The notes under the pieces are model-generated. The model did no database searches and was not told the DNA's origin. It worked only from the letters and a program-made list of their open reading frames with translations. Shown one piece after another: positions 8,766 through 16,957 of a stretch of 64,000 nucleotides of DNA. This stretch comes from Planctomycetota bacterium (lineage in GTDB: Bacteria > Planctomycetota > UBA1135 > UBA2386). How positions within the stretch are numbered: the first letter of the stretch is position 1; each line of letters starts with the position of its first letter. Position numbers and translations under genes: made by a program. The stretch lies in NCBI GenBank assembly GCA_965223545.1, contig OZ245006.1, positions 7,776,001 to 7,840,000 of the forward strand, given 5' to 3'.

Positions 8766-9527
8766 ATGGCGATTGACTTCCTGCAGATCGATCCGGAGTA
8801 CTTCGATCATCGCCGGTTCCGCGGCATCGGCTTCTGTGGCGTTGTTGCGTTTCAGTTTCTGCTGAAATCGCACAAGCGTAGACCCAACGACGGCATCGTC
8901 AGCGCCGACAGGGCGCACCCGGAGACCATCTGGTGTGGGATCTGCACGATCCAGGAAGGGGTCACTGTCGACGACGTCGCGTGTGCGATGCGCGTGCTGG
9001 CGGAGCGTGGTCTCATCGAGATCCTCGAAAACGGCTCCGTGTTCATCCCGGGCGTTGCCCGCTGGGGACAGAGGCTGTCCCCAGCCCAGACATCCTCTGA
9101 ACGGTCAAGGAAGTCCCGGTCGAGACCTGAACCAGTTGGTGGGCGAGATGCTGAAGAGGCGCCCACTTCTCGGCCATCTCCACCCAGAGAACAGCACCGG
9201 ACGCGCGGCAACAGCGGGACGAACGCAACGCAGTGGGACGCGATGGGACGGCTGGGACGTGTTGCAACGCGATGGGACGGTTGGGACGAACTGCAACGCG
9301 ATGGGACGGATGCAACGCGCGCAACGCTAGAACGAGAACGAGAGCTAGAACGACAGATGACCGGTACCGCCCTCCCTCGCGGTACCGCTAAGAAGGTGGT
9401 GGAGGTGGATATCCCCTCTCAGGTACGGAACGGCGTACCTAAACCACCCTCCGTACCTGACCCACCCCCACCCCCTTCACGCCAGACCGCAACAGGTCCA
9501 CCGCGTAACAGCCGGAGGTGCTCATGA
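8766..9527 (+). CDS. Putative phage replication initiator (lambda O/DnaD-like architecture)
   Basis: N-terminal wHTH-like region, S.ERSRKSR motif, internal DNA repeats, ERERELER linker. Confidence 0.55.
   Translation: MAIDFLQIDPEYFDHRRFRGIGFCGVVAFQFLLKSHKRRPNDGIVSADRAHPETIWCGICTIQEGVTVDDVACAMRVLAERGLIEILENGSVFIPGVARWGQRLSPAQTSSERSRKSRSRPEPVGGRDAEEAPTSRPSPPREQHRTRGNSGTNATQWDAMGRLGRVATRWDGWDELQRDGTDATRATLERERELERQMTGTALPRGTAKKVVEVDIPSQVRNGVPKPPSVPDPPPPPSRQTATGPPRNSRRCS
9216..9352. repeat. Iteron-like direct repeats inside the initiator gene (candidate origin)
   Basis: TGGGACG x6, GCAACGC x5, TGCAACGCGATGGGACGG at 9263 and 9292, then AGAACG repeats. Confidence 0.6.
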
Positions 9528-10066
9528 GTGCGCTGGACGACATGCCGGCGTCGGCTGAGGCTCTGTACGAGCTGCTCACCGACCACGGCGTCCGAACGAT
9601 GCCGAGCGCGCGTCGCGAGCTGGCCGAGAGCCTGGCCGCTGCGGGCGCCTCCTTGGCGGCTGTACGGATCCTCAGCGAGCACGCGAGGCGATCGTGCCCC
9701 GGAGAGCCGGAGCAGGCTGCGCGCGCACTGGGGGCGATCCTCGGCTCTCGTGAGTGGCGTGCCGCGGCGGCTGACGTGGAGCGGTTCCGGTCGGCCGGAG
9801 GGTCGCGCGATCCGGACATCGAGCCAGGACAGCGCGACCGCGAGGACGGGACGGCGCAGATGCGCAACTACGCCGAGTGCGAGGACCGGCGCGTGCGGCA
9901 GGCGCATGCGATCGCGGTTGCGGACGGGTTCGGGGTCAAGCACGCGGCCACGGTCATGGGCGTCGACACCGAGGAGGTGCACCGGCTGCTGGAGGCGTAC
10001 GAGCGAGCGTATCCGCCGCCGCCGGTGGTGGAGCGACGGGCGTTGAGTTTGGAGCCGACGTCATGA
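9524..10066 (+). CDS. Hypothetical protein, possible C-terminal HTH
   Basis: ATGA overlap; VKHAATVMGVDTEEVHRLL. Confidence 0.55.
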   Translation: MSALDDMPASAEALYELLTDHGVRTMPSARRELAESLAAAGASLAAVRILSEHARRSCPGEPEQAARALGAILGSREWRAAAADVERFRSAGGSRDPDIEPGQRDREDGTAQMRNYAECEDRRVRQAHAIAVADGFGVKHAATVMGVDTEEVHRLLEAYERAYPPPPVVERRALSLEPTS

Positions 10067-10644
10067 CAGCGACGAGGACGTTCCGCGAGTTGCTTGTGCA
10101 ACACGACGCGTGCGAGGAGGCGATCGCCTGGGTCGGTGACCGGGACGAGCCGCAGGCGTGGGCGGAGTGTCCGCGCGGAGACTGGCTGTTGTGGTGGGCG
10201 CCAAGGGCTGGCGTCCCCGTGAGGCTCGTGGCCCGAGCTGCCGCGGCATGCTCAAGGCTTGGGAGCACTCTGATGCCGAAGGGAGACGACTTGGCGCGTG
10301 CCGCCATCGAGGCTGCGGAGGCATTCCACGAGAGTGGGTCGGCAGCTGCAAGGGCCACGGCCCTCAGAGCTGCTCGGGCGGCGAACACTGCGGCGATGAT
10401 CTACAACGCGACTGATAGCGCGGCTTTCGCTGCCAGCGCTACCGACATAGAAGGCGTTGGCCGAACGGCATCCAACGCCGCGGCTGCGGTAGCCCACGCC
10501 GCCTACTCCGCCCATCTTGCGAAGCTTGGCCGAATCGATCCGAGCGACGATGCCGTCGCAAAAAGCGTTCGCAGCGCGATGCGCCGACGCTGCGCCGATG
10601 TGGTGCGCTCGATGATTTCGCTTCCTGGGGGAGTCATGTCATGA
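10063..10644 (+). CDS. Ala-rich Imm5-like phage protein
   Basis: AC.EAI.W...AWAECPRGDWLLW motif. Confidence 0.6.
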   Translation: MTATRTFRELLVQHDACEEAIAWVGDRDEPQAWAECPRGDWLLWWAPRAGVPVRLVARAAAACSRLGSTLMPKGDDLARAAIEAAEAFHESGSAAARATALRAARAANTAAMIYNATDSAAFAASATDIEGVGRTASNAAAAVAHAAYSAHLAKLGRIDPSDDAVAKSVRSAMRRRCADVVRSMISLPGGVMS

Positions 10645-10787
10645 CCATTGAGGCAACGTCGATCGCACTCGCATTCATGCTTGGCTACATCGCCTGCGCC
10701 TGGCGCTACGCCGCGGGCCTGCGCGTTGCATTGCGTGACTCCCGGCAACCAGGCGCCAAGCTCATGGTCGCGAGGAGGGCGCGGTGA
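10641..10787 (+). CDS. Small membrane protein
   Basis: Coupled at both ends, hydrophobic N-terminus. Confidence 0.4.
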   Translation: MTIEATSIALAFMLGYIACAWRYAAGLRVALRDSRQPGAKLMVARRAR

Positions 10788-11167
10788 ACGACTTCCAACG
10801 CGAACTCGCACGGGCCATCGCGCTGAAGTCGCCGCCTTGGGAGACGCCGGAGCAGTTCTGGGCCGAGTGCCCGGATCCGATGCGGATGCTGATGTGGGCG
10901 CGCCATCGCGGTGTGAGCATCGAGCGCATCACGTTGGCGATTGCTGACATCGAGGGCATCGCGCAGGTCCTAGTGCCGGACGAGGAGCTGGCGAAGGTCG
11001 CCGATGTGCAAGCGCTGCCGGAGGGTGGCCAGCGGAGAGCTGCGGCGACGAACCTGCAGCACCGGCTCGAGCGCATCATGGCGCGGGCGGGTCAAGGCGA
11101 GATCAAACGCATCGCGCGCGAGATGTGTGGCGCTGTGCGGAAGCGGATCCCGGAGGCGCCGCGGTGA
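10784..11167 (+). CDS. Hypothetical protein sharing the WAECP motif with 10063-10644
   Basis: FWAECPDPMRMLMWA. Confidence 0.55.
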   Translation: MNDFQRELARAIALKSPPWETPEQFWAECPDPMRMLMWARHRGVSIERITLAIADIEGIAQVLVPDEELAKVADVQALPEGGQRRAAATNLQHRLERIMARAGQGEIKRIAREMCGAVRKRIPEAPR

Positions 11168-11553
11168 AGCCGGTCAACATCATCGGCCGCTTGCCGCTCA
11201 AGAGCGACGAGTCATGGACCTTGGACAAGGCGCGGGTCGAGTGCGTGCGCCGCGGCTGGTGGTTTGAGGCCACCACTTGGACTGAGCGGTTCCCGTTGCC
11301 TGGCGGTGGCTACCGCACGGTGACGCGGGACCTTCTCGGATTCGTCGATGCGCTGGCCGCTACGGGCAGCGGCACGGTCGCGATTCAGGTGACGTCGCGG
11401 AGTCATGTCGCGGACCGGGCGAGCAAAGCGCTCGCGTCTCCGCGACTAGAGTTCGTTCGCCAGGCTGGCTGGCGACTGGTGGTGTGGGGCTTCGAGCGCT
11501 CGTCGGGCGAGTGCTGGGAGCGGGTCTTAGTGGAGGGGATCTTGTGTGGCTGA
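11164..11553 (+). CDS. Small PD-(D/E)XK nuclease / resolvase-like protein
   Basis: RDLLGFVDALA...TVAIQVTS...GWRLVVWGF. Confidence 0.65.
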   Translation: MKPVNIIGRLPLKSDESWTLDKARVECVRRGWWFEATTWTERFPLPGGGYRTVTRDLLGFVDALAATGSGTVAIQVTSRSHVADRASKALASPRLEFVRQAGWRLVVWGFERSSGECWERVLVEGILCG

Positions 11554-12539
11554 TCCCCTCCGACACCTCGACGTGTGTGCCGGAATCGGCGGCTTCAGCC
11601 TCGGGCTCAAGCTCGCGCTCGGAGATTCCGTCCGGACTGTGGGCTACGTCGAGCGGGAAGCCTTCTGCGCGTCCATCCTCCTGGCGCGGATGGGCGAACA
11701 GGCCCTGGATCGCGCACGTGTGTGGTGCGCGCCGATCGAAGAGTTGGACGGAAGCGAGCTGCGAGGACAGGTCGACATCTTCACCGCCGGGTTCCCGTGC
11801 CAGCCATTCAGCTGCGCGGGCAAGCGACGAGGGATGGCCGACGAGCGCGCCATCTGGCCAGCGATCAGGGATCTCGTCGCCGCAGTGGAGCCAGCTTGCG
11901 TCTTCCTGGAGAACGTCGACGCCGAGTCTTTTCGAGCGCCATGGCGGGACCTTCGAGACATGGGTTTCGAGCTGCCGCCGCCCGTGTGCATCGAAGGCGA
12001 AGACGTTGGCGCCCCCGTCGGGCGTGCGCGGTGGTTCGCGCTGGTCGTCTCCGACCGCTGGCGACAGCAAGCAGAGCGGATCCGCTGCCTACGCAGACAA
12101 AAACCCGAAGGCGGGTACGACGCTAACGGATGCGGTGAGGCGGTGGCCAGCACCGACGGCATGCCTGCGCAGCAGCAACCGCGGGGGCGGCGACAGCGCC
12201 GATCCGCGTGGCTGGAGCAGGAACGGCCCGGAGCGACCGCCCCTTGTGGGGATGGGTGCGAAGTGGGCGGCGCCGACGAGCCGCGACGCGAAGGGGGCTT
12301 GGTCGACGGGGCATGGCTCCGACCTTGGCCGCCAGCTCGCGCAGGCGGGGAGTGGGCCGAGTGGCCAGCGGAGCTCCGAGCTGAGTGGCTCGACTACATC
12401 GCGGCGGGTGGCCCTCAACCCGGAGTTCGACGAGGTGCTGATAGGGTTCCCGCGAGGGTGGACGGATGGGCGGACAGGATCCGAGCGATCGGCAACAGCG
12501 TCTGTCCGCAGATGGTGGCAGCAGCATGGAAGGGATTGA
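11544..12539 (+). CDS. Overlapping-frame methyltransferase beta chain (TRD-like repeats and motif IX)
   Basis: Open alternative frame; WSSPTAGDSK, WPAPTA, WAAPTSRDAK repeats; LNPEFDEVLIGFPRGWT. Confidence 0.7.
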   Translation: MWLIPSDTSTCVPESAASASGSSSRSEIPSGLWATSSGKPSARPSSWRGWANRPWIAHVCGARRSKSWTEASCEDRSTSSPPGSRASHSAARASDEGWPTSAPSGQRSGISSPQWSQLASSWRTSTPSLFERHGGTFETWVSSCRRPCASKAKTLAPPSGVRGGSRWSSPTAGDSKQSGSAAYADKNPKAGTTLTDAVRRWPAPTACLRSSNRGGGDSADPRGWSRNGPERPPLVGMGAKWAAPTSRDAKGAWSTGHGSDLGRQLAQAGSGPSGQRSSELSGSTTSRRVALNPEFDEVLIGFPRGWTDGRTGSERSATASVRRWWQQHGRD

Positions 12540-12544
12540 CGTGA
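11546..12544 (+). CDS. C5-cytosine DNA methyltransferase, alpha chain (motifs I-VIII and X)
   Basis: LDVCAGIGGF, GFPCQPFSCAG, FLENV, RARWF, RIRAIGNSVCPQ. Confidence 0.9.
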   Translation: MADPLRHLDVCAGIGGFSLGLKLALGDSVRTVGYVEREAFCASILLARMGEQALDRARVWCAPIEELDGSELRGQVDIFTAGFPCQPFSCAGKRRGMADERAIWPAIRDLVAAVEPACVFLENVDAESFRAPWRDLRDMGFELPPPVCIEGEDVGAPVGRARWFALVVSDRWRQQAERIRCLRRQKPEGGYDANGCGEAVASTDGMPAQQQPRGRRQRRSAWLEQERPGATAPCGDGCEVGGADEPRREGGLVDGAWLRPWPPARAGGEWAEWPAELRAEWLDYIAAGGPQPGVRRGADRVPARVDGWADRIRAIGNSVCPQMVAAAWKGLT

Positions 12545-13728
12545 GACGTTTCAGTTGGAAGTGTGAGTTTGCTCTCGGGGAAGCTCTGTTCTTGATCGTG
12601 GCCGTGGTCGCGGCGATCGCATCGGTGGCCTACCTGTCCGGTTGCGCGACCGGACCGACGCAGCTCGAGCAATTTCGCGCCGCGATTGGCGCTGACGCTC
12701 CGAATGCGCGACTGCGCGCCGCGGTGGCCCTACCGCCGTACGCGTTCTGCGGTCGGTTCGACGTGCTCGGCCGATGCACACTGATCGGCGGCATGATGCG
12801 CGAGAACGGCGAGCTGACGACCGAGGGCGACACGCTGCATCCCGCGGGACACGGCGGCGACCCGTTCGTCTGGCGCGAGGGCGAGCTGTACCGGATGGAC
12901 TTCCAGCATCCGGTCTATGACCGCGAGCTACGGCGTTGGCCGACCGCGATCGCGCACACGACTTCGACCGATGGACTGCGGTGGACACCGCCGAAGCTGA
13001 TCCGCAAGCCGATCTATCACGAGGACGGCAACCCGCAGCCGACGCAATTCGAGACGCCGGCGCACGCGGAGATCGCGGGGCAGCACGTGCGCGCTCTGCT
13101 GACGTACCGGTACGAGGGACGCTGGAGCCGACGCGACTCGGTGACGCTGTGGGCGTCGCGAGATGTGTTGGGACCGCTTGAGCAGTTCGGCTCGCCGCTA
13201 TCGCCCGAGCTTGCATGGGAGCAGCCATGGCTTGACCCGGATGGGGATCTGGTCGGTGGCGTGCAAGAGCCGACGTTCCTCGGGCCGTTCGGGCCGTGGG
13301 TGATCGTTGTCTATGGCGCTGTGACGTACGGCAAAGGGTTCGTGCCGAGCATCGGGCTCGCGGGCACACCGGACGGTGGGCAGACCTGGGTTCGGTTGCC
13401 GGACCCGATCATCCCCGACGGCGGACAGCCGCATGCGTTCCGCGATCCGCGCGGCGGATTCCACCTGTTCTGGCAGATGCGGGACGGGCCGCGGTACGAG
13501 GTGCACCACGCGTTCAGCGCGGGCAACCTGGCGCAGTGGCATCTCAATCCGGCGAATCCGGTGCTCGCGAGCGGTGGGCCGGACTGGCTCGGGCGGATCA
13601 CGGCGCCTTCTGTGCTCATCGAGGAGCGCGAGGGGCGCTGGGTGTGGCGGATGTGGTTCTTTGGTCATCCCGACGAGGATGAGCGGACCAAGTGGATCGG
13701 TGCGGCCGATTGGGTCGGTCGCCCGTAG
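12541..13728 (+). CDS. Lipoprotein with glycoside-hydrolase-like beta-propeller
   Basis: Signal with LSGC lipobox; GDP, S.DGL.W, QEP, NPANPVL propeller-blade motifs. Confidence 0.65.
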   Translation: MRRFSWKCEFALGEALFLIVAVVAAIASVAYLSGCATGPTQLEQFRAAIGADAPNARLRAAVALPPYAFCGRFDVLGRCTLIGGMMRENGELTTEGDTLHPAGHGGDPFVWREGELYRMDFQHPVYDRELRRWPTAIAHTTSTDGLRWTPPKLIRKPIYHEDGNPQPTQFETPAHAEIAGQHVRALLTYRYEGRWSRRDSVTLWASRDVLGPLEQFGSPLSPELAWEQPWLDPDGDLVGGVQEPTFLGPFGPWVIVVYGAVTYGKGFVPSIGLAGTPDGGQTWVRLPDPIIPDGGQPHAFRDPRGGFHLFWQMRDGPRYEVHHAFSAGNLAQWHLNPANPVLASGGPDWLGRITAPSVLIEEREGRWVWRMWFFGHPDEDERTKWIGAADWVGRP

Positions 13729-13749
13729 GCGTTTGTGGAGGGGTGAGCG

Positions 13750-14610
13750 ATGTTGAGTGGACAGGTGACGGTGCTTCGGCACTGGGACGATGGTGTGCGG
13801 CTCCGGACGACGGTGCCGGGGATTCCGGATGCAGATTGTGCGCTGCGGTTCTTCCGTGGCAGTGGCAGCAACTCAGGCACGGTCATGCTGCACAGCGGGA
13901 CCACGGGGGCCGAGTACATCAGCTCGTCGCCCGAGGGCTTGGAGTTCGTGGCCAACCTGATCGTTAGGGGCTACACGGTCGTCGACCGCAAGTGGCTCGG
14001 GGGATGGTTCGCGGCCGGCTACTCGATCCGTGAGGCGGCGCAGCGAGGTGCGTTGGTCGCCGATTGGGTCATGACGACCGGTGGAACCGGCGGCGGGCTG
14101 CAGGGGCCGTTCCGGGCATACGGCAACTCAGGCGGTGCAGCGGAGGTCGCCTACGGCTTGACCTCGTACGGCATGGGCGATCGCTGGGACCGGGTCGTGC
14201 TTGGCGGTGGGCCACCGATGACGCGACTGCAGTACCTCTGCGCGAGCCCGCCGCCGGCGGCTTGGCTGCAGGAGGCTGAGGCCGCGCTGCAGCCGTACGC
14301 GTCGCAGTTCACCTGCAGCCCGATGACCTGGACGGATCCTGCGACCGTGGTTTGCCCGGTCATCAGCGGCGTTGCGCCTGGTGCTCTGGCTGAGGCGAGC
14401 GTGTTGCATCCGGGGGCGACAACTTCGTTCGGGTGCGAGGTGTCGATGCTGCTCGGGAGCAACGACTGCACGGTTGCAACTCCGCAAGCGGCGGTGTTCT
14501 TCACGGCGATCTCGAGCGCGAAGACGATCTCGATCGTGCCGGGTGGCGAGCACTTCATGCCGGCGACGGCTGGGGGGCGGGCTGCGATCCTGGCCGAGGT
14601 GGATCGGTGA
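13750..14610 (+). CDS. Alpha/beta-hydrolase
   Basis: GNSGG nucleophile elbow, GSND acid, GGEH histidine. Confidence 0.75.
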   Translation: MLSGQVTVLRHWDDGVRLRTTVPGIPDADCALRFFRGSGSNSGTVMLHSGTTGAEYISSSPEGLEFVANLIVRGYTVVDRKWLGGWFAAGYSIREAAQRGALVADWVMTTGGTGGGLQGPFRAYGNSGGAAEVAYGLTSYGMGDRWDRVVLGGGPPMTRLQYLCASPPPAAWLQEAEAALQPYASQFTCSPMTWTDPATVVCPVISGVAPGALAEASVLHPGATTSFGCEVSMLLGSNDCTVATPQAAVFFTAISSAKTISIVPGGEHFMPATAGGRAAILAEVDR

Positions 14611-14669
14611 GCGGGAGAGTGCATGCATCGCCACTCGCGCGAGTGCATGCAATTTTCTTCGCCGATCTA

Positions 14670-14719
14670 TTGCGCTGCTCACACCACTTCAGTAGAAGTG
14701 GATGAGGCGAACTTTCGCC
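14670..14719 (+). promoter_or_regulatory. Candidate sigma70 promoter with operator-like inverted repeats
   Basis: TTGCGC-17nt-TAGAAG; IR CCACTTC-4-GAAGTGG (14684-14701) over the -10; IR GGCGAA-2-TTCGCC (14706-14719). Confidence 0.45.
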
Positions 14720-14775
14720 ATGTTCGGCGGCCTTGCACCACACGGGGCCGTCAACCACGAACACAGGAACAAGTG

Positions 14776-15342
14776 ATGAAAACTTGCACGGTTACGTTGC
14801 GGGGTGCCTCACCCTATTCGCAGTCCCGGCCCTTCCAGACCGAGATCGGCCCGAAGGAGTCGCACGAGGCGTTCGAAAAGCGCTGCTGGAGCGAGCGGCT
14901 CCACAAGAACGGCAACGGCGACGTCATCATTCCGCCGACGAGCCTCAAGGACTGTCTTTGGCAGGGCGCGAAGTACCTGTCAATCAAGAAGAAGGGGCAG
15001 CAGACATGGACCAAACACTTCCGATCCGGAGTGATGGTCGTCGTCGCTCCGGTCTTGACGGTCAAGGCAGATGAGGTAGAGGGTGAGTGGCTGTTCCTGA
15101 ATGCCGATGGCAAGAAGGGCTCTGGCACTCGCGTTTGGCGCTGCTACCCGAAGATCCCGGAGGGATGGCAGACGAACGTCTCGTTCGTGGTTCTGGACGA
15201 CGAGATCACTCAGGACATCTTCTTCCGCGTTCTGCGGGAATCCGGGATGCTGATCGGCATTGGTAGGTTTCGGCCGGAGAACGGGGGCTACTACGGTCGG
15301 TTCGACTTCGATCCGAAAGAGGCCCAGTGGGTCGAGGGCTAG
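14776..15342 (+). CDS. Solo Cas7/RAMP-superfamily protein (188 aa)
   Basis: N-terminal strand TVTLRGASP, RAMP-type IIPPTSLKDCL motif, C-terminal G-rich loop GMLIGIGRFRPENGGYYGRF; no other cas genes. Confidence 0.75.
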   Translation: MKTCTVTLRGASPYSQSRPFQTEIGPKESHEAFEKRCWSERLHKNGNGDVIIPPTSLKDCLWQGAKYLSIKKKGQQTWTKHFRSGVMVVVAPVLTVKADEVEGEWLFLNADGKKGSGTRVWRCYPKIPEGWQTNVSFVVLDDEITQDIFFRVLRESGMLIGIGRFRPENGGYYGRFDFDPKEAQWVEG

Positions 15343-15345
15343 TTT

Positions 15346-15667
15346 CGCAACGCCTCGCGACGCTGCGCCGCGCCACGCCGCGCATCGCACCGCACCGCGT
15401 CGCACCGCTCCGCTTCGCCCCGCTTCGCGGCGCAACTCCATGCAACGATCCAGCTTCCCGCCGCACCGCGGCGCCTCGCCGCGCACCGCCCCGCCGACCC
15501 CACATCGCTCCGTACCGCACCGCGGCACATCACAGCTCTACTCGACGCAACGCAACGAACTGACCCAAGCGATTTTCCAACACGTCGCCACGCGCCACGA
15601 CGCGTTGCGCTTCAACGCGACGCTACTCAACGCCACACCACTTATCGCGACGCTCCGCAACTCAACG
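15346..15667 (+). ncRNA. Pentamer (CGC-NN)n array 1: three candidate guide-RNA units
   Basis: Near-strict 5-nt period with CGC/CAC/CTC/TGC triplet and variable dinucleotide; units about 15346-15447, 15457-15557, 15581-15667, each ending CAACG. Confidence 0.7.
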
Positions 15668-15696
15668 TCTTTCTACCCGCAAGGGAGGGCCTAGCA

Positions 15697-16224
15697 ATGA
15701 CCGAGACCAGAGTCGAGCTGAAGGGCAAGAAGAGCCCGATTCACCCGCCGCACCCGGATACGCGAATCCTGGTGGAGAAACTGCGTGCCATCGAGCCGGG
15801 GGCGACCGTCACCTACTCCGAGATTGCAGAGTGGGTCGGTCGCGATCCGCAAAAGCAGCGAGGTCCGCTTGTCTCCGCGATGCGACGGTTGCTGCAGGAG
15901 GGCATCCGTTACGTCAGCGTCAAGAACGTGGGCGTCCAACGCTATACCAGCAGCCAGATCGTCAACCAGGATCTGCTGAAGGCGACGGTCAAGATCGGCC
16001 GGGCTGCTCGGCGCGCTGTTGCGGTCGCAGCAAACTGCGTTGACGTCACGAAACTGAGCCCGGACGAGCGCCGCGACTTGGAGGCGCGGAACTCGGTGCT
16101 CTACTTCGCGGCGAAGGGAACCAGTCAGAGCTTCGTCAAGCGCTTGCGCGAGCACGTTCCGGAGAGCTTGGAGGCGCTGCCGTTGTCGCGGACGCTGGAG
16201 GTTTTTCGGGAGACTCAGTCCTGA
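15697..16224 (+). CDS. Hypothetical protein between the two arrays (possible wHTH N-terminus)
   Basis: GGGAGG RBS; IEPGATVTYSEIAEWVGRD. Confidence 0.75.
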   Translation: MTETRVELKGKKSPIHPPHPDTRILVEKLRAIEPGATVTYSEIAEWVGRDPQKQRGPLVSAMRRLLQEGIRYVSVKNVGVQRYTSSQIVNQDLLKATVKIGRAARRAVAVAANCVDVTKLSPDERRDLEARNSVLYFAAKGTSQSFVKRLREHVPESLEALPLSRTLEVFRETQS

Positions 16225-16228
16225 CCTC

Positions 16229-16936
16229 TACCACGCTTCGCGGCGCTCCGCAGCGCTTCGCGCCGCAACGTGACGCTCTGCCTCGCAACGCTTCGCATCG
16301 CAACCCCTCTTTTTTCCACGCATCGCCCTGCCGTGCCCTGCATCGCTCCACACCGCACCTTGGCACATCGCAGCGCTACGCAACGCGACCGACAAACCAA
16401 CTCACACAACCTGCAGCATTCCACAGCGCCCCGCGTCGCAGCTCTCCGCGCCGCTCCGCAGTGCCGCGCAGCACTGCACTTCGCGTCGCATTGCTCCGCA
16501 ACTCACCGCAACGATTCTCATCTTCTCGCCGCCGCTCCCCTCGACGCGCTGCATCGCTTCGTGGCGCATCGCAGCGCTCCGCGGCGCGCTGCAACGCTCC
16601 GCAACGATTCCATCTTCCCGACGCCACGCCTCACGACTCACCGCCCCGCTTCGCGTCATATCGCATCGCCTCGCCGTTCCACGCATCGCTCCTCGACGCA
16701 GCGCTCGGCGCCGCAACGTTTCAGCCCCCCAATACATCTACTTCGCAGTGCGCTGCACTGCTTCGCTCCGCAACACTACGTGGCGCATCGCTTCGCTCCG
16801 CAGCACTACGCAACGATTTGGCTTCCGTCGACGCGCTGCATCGCTCCGCCCCATTACGCCGTGCTCCGCTTCGCCGCGCTCTTCTCCGCTCCGCTACTCG
16901 TCGCAGCGCACCTTATCGCGACTCAACTCAACGCAA
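16229..16936 (+). ncRNA. Pentamer (CGC-NN)n array 2: seven candidate guide-RNA units
   Basis: Units about 16229-16303, 16314-16388, 16412-16513, 16525-16606, 16617-16718, 16739-16815, 16827-16936; terminal CGCAAC(G) followed by short, mostly pyrimidine-rich linkers. Confidence 0.7.
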
Positions 16937-16957
16937 CTTCTTGGGGGGTGATCTCGG

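Noticed and set aside
9225..9327. GCAACGC in the iterons resembles the CGCAACG unit terminus of the arrays
   Set aside because: The match is 6-7 nt in GC-rich DNA and lacks the 5-nt period; probably coincidental.
14623..14775. Longer start for the RAMP gene (14623), and upstream starts at 17817, 12466, 2812 and 5265 in the ORF track
   Set aside because: The extensions run through promoter or upstream-gene sequence; downstream starts have an RBS, coupling or a signal peptide.
16412..16606. Possible self-targets: decoded unit 16412-16513 versus the TMP start (QLRLD), and unit 16525-16606 versus the GATAGCTGGGC element
   Set aside because: Only partial matches (about 7 of 12 dinucleotides, or needing indels). 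These cannot be told from chance by eye, and no exhaustive search was possible.
15346..16936. Calling the arrays a CRISPR array or a simple microsatellite
   Set aside because: There are no 25-45 nt identical repeats with unique spacers. The variable NN, discrete units and conserved unit ends do not fit slippage repeats either.
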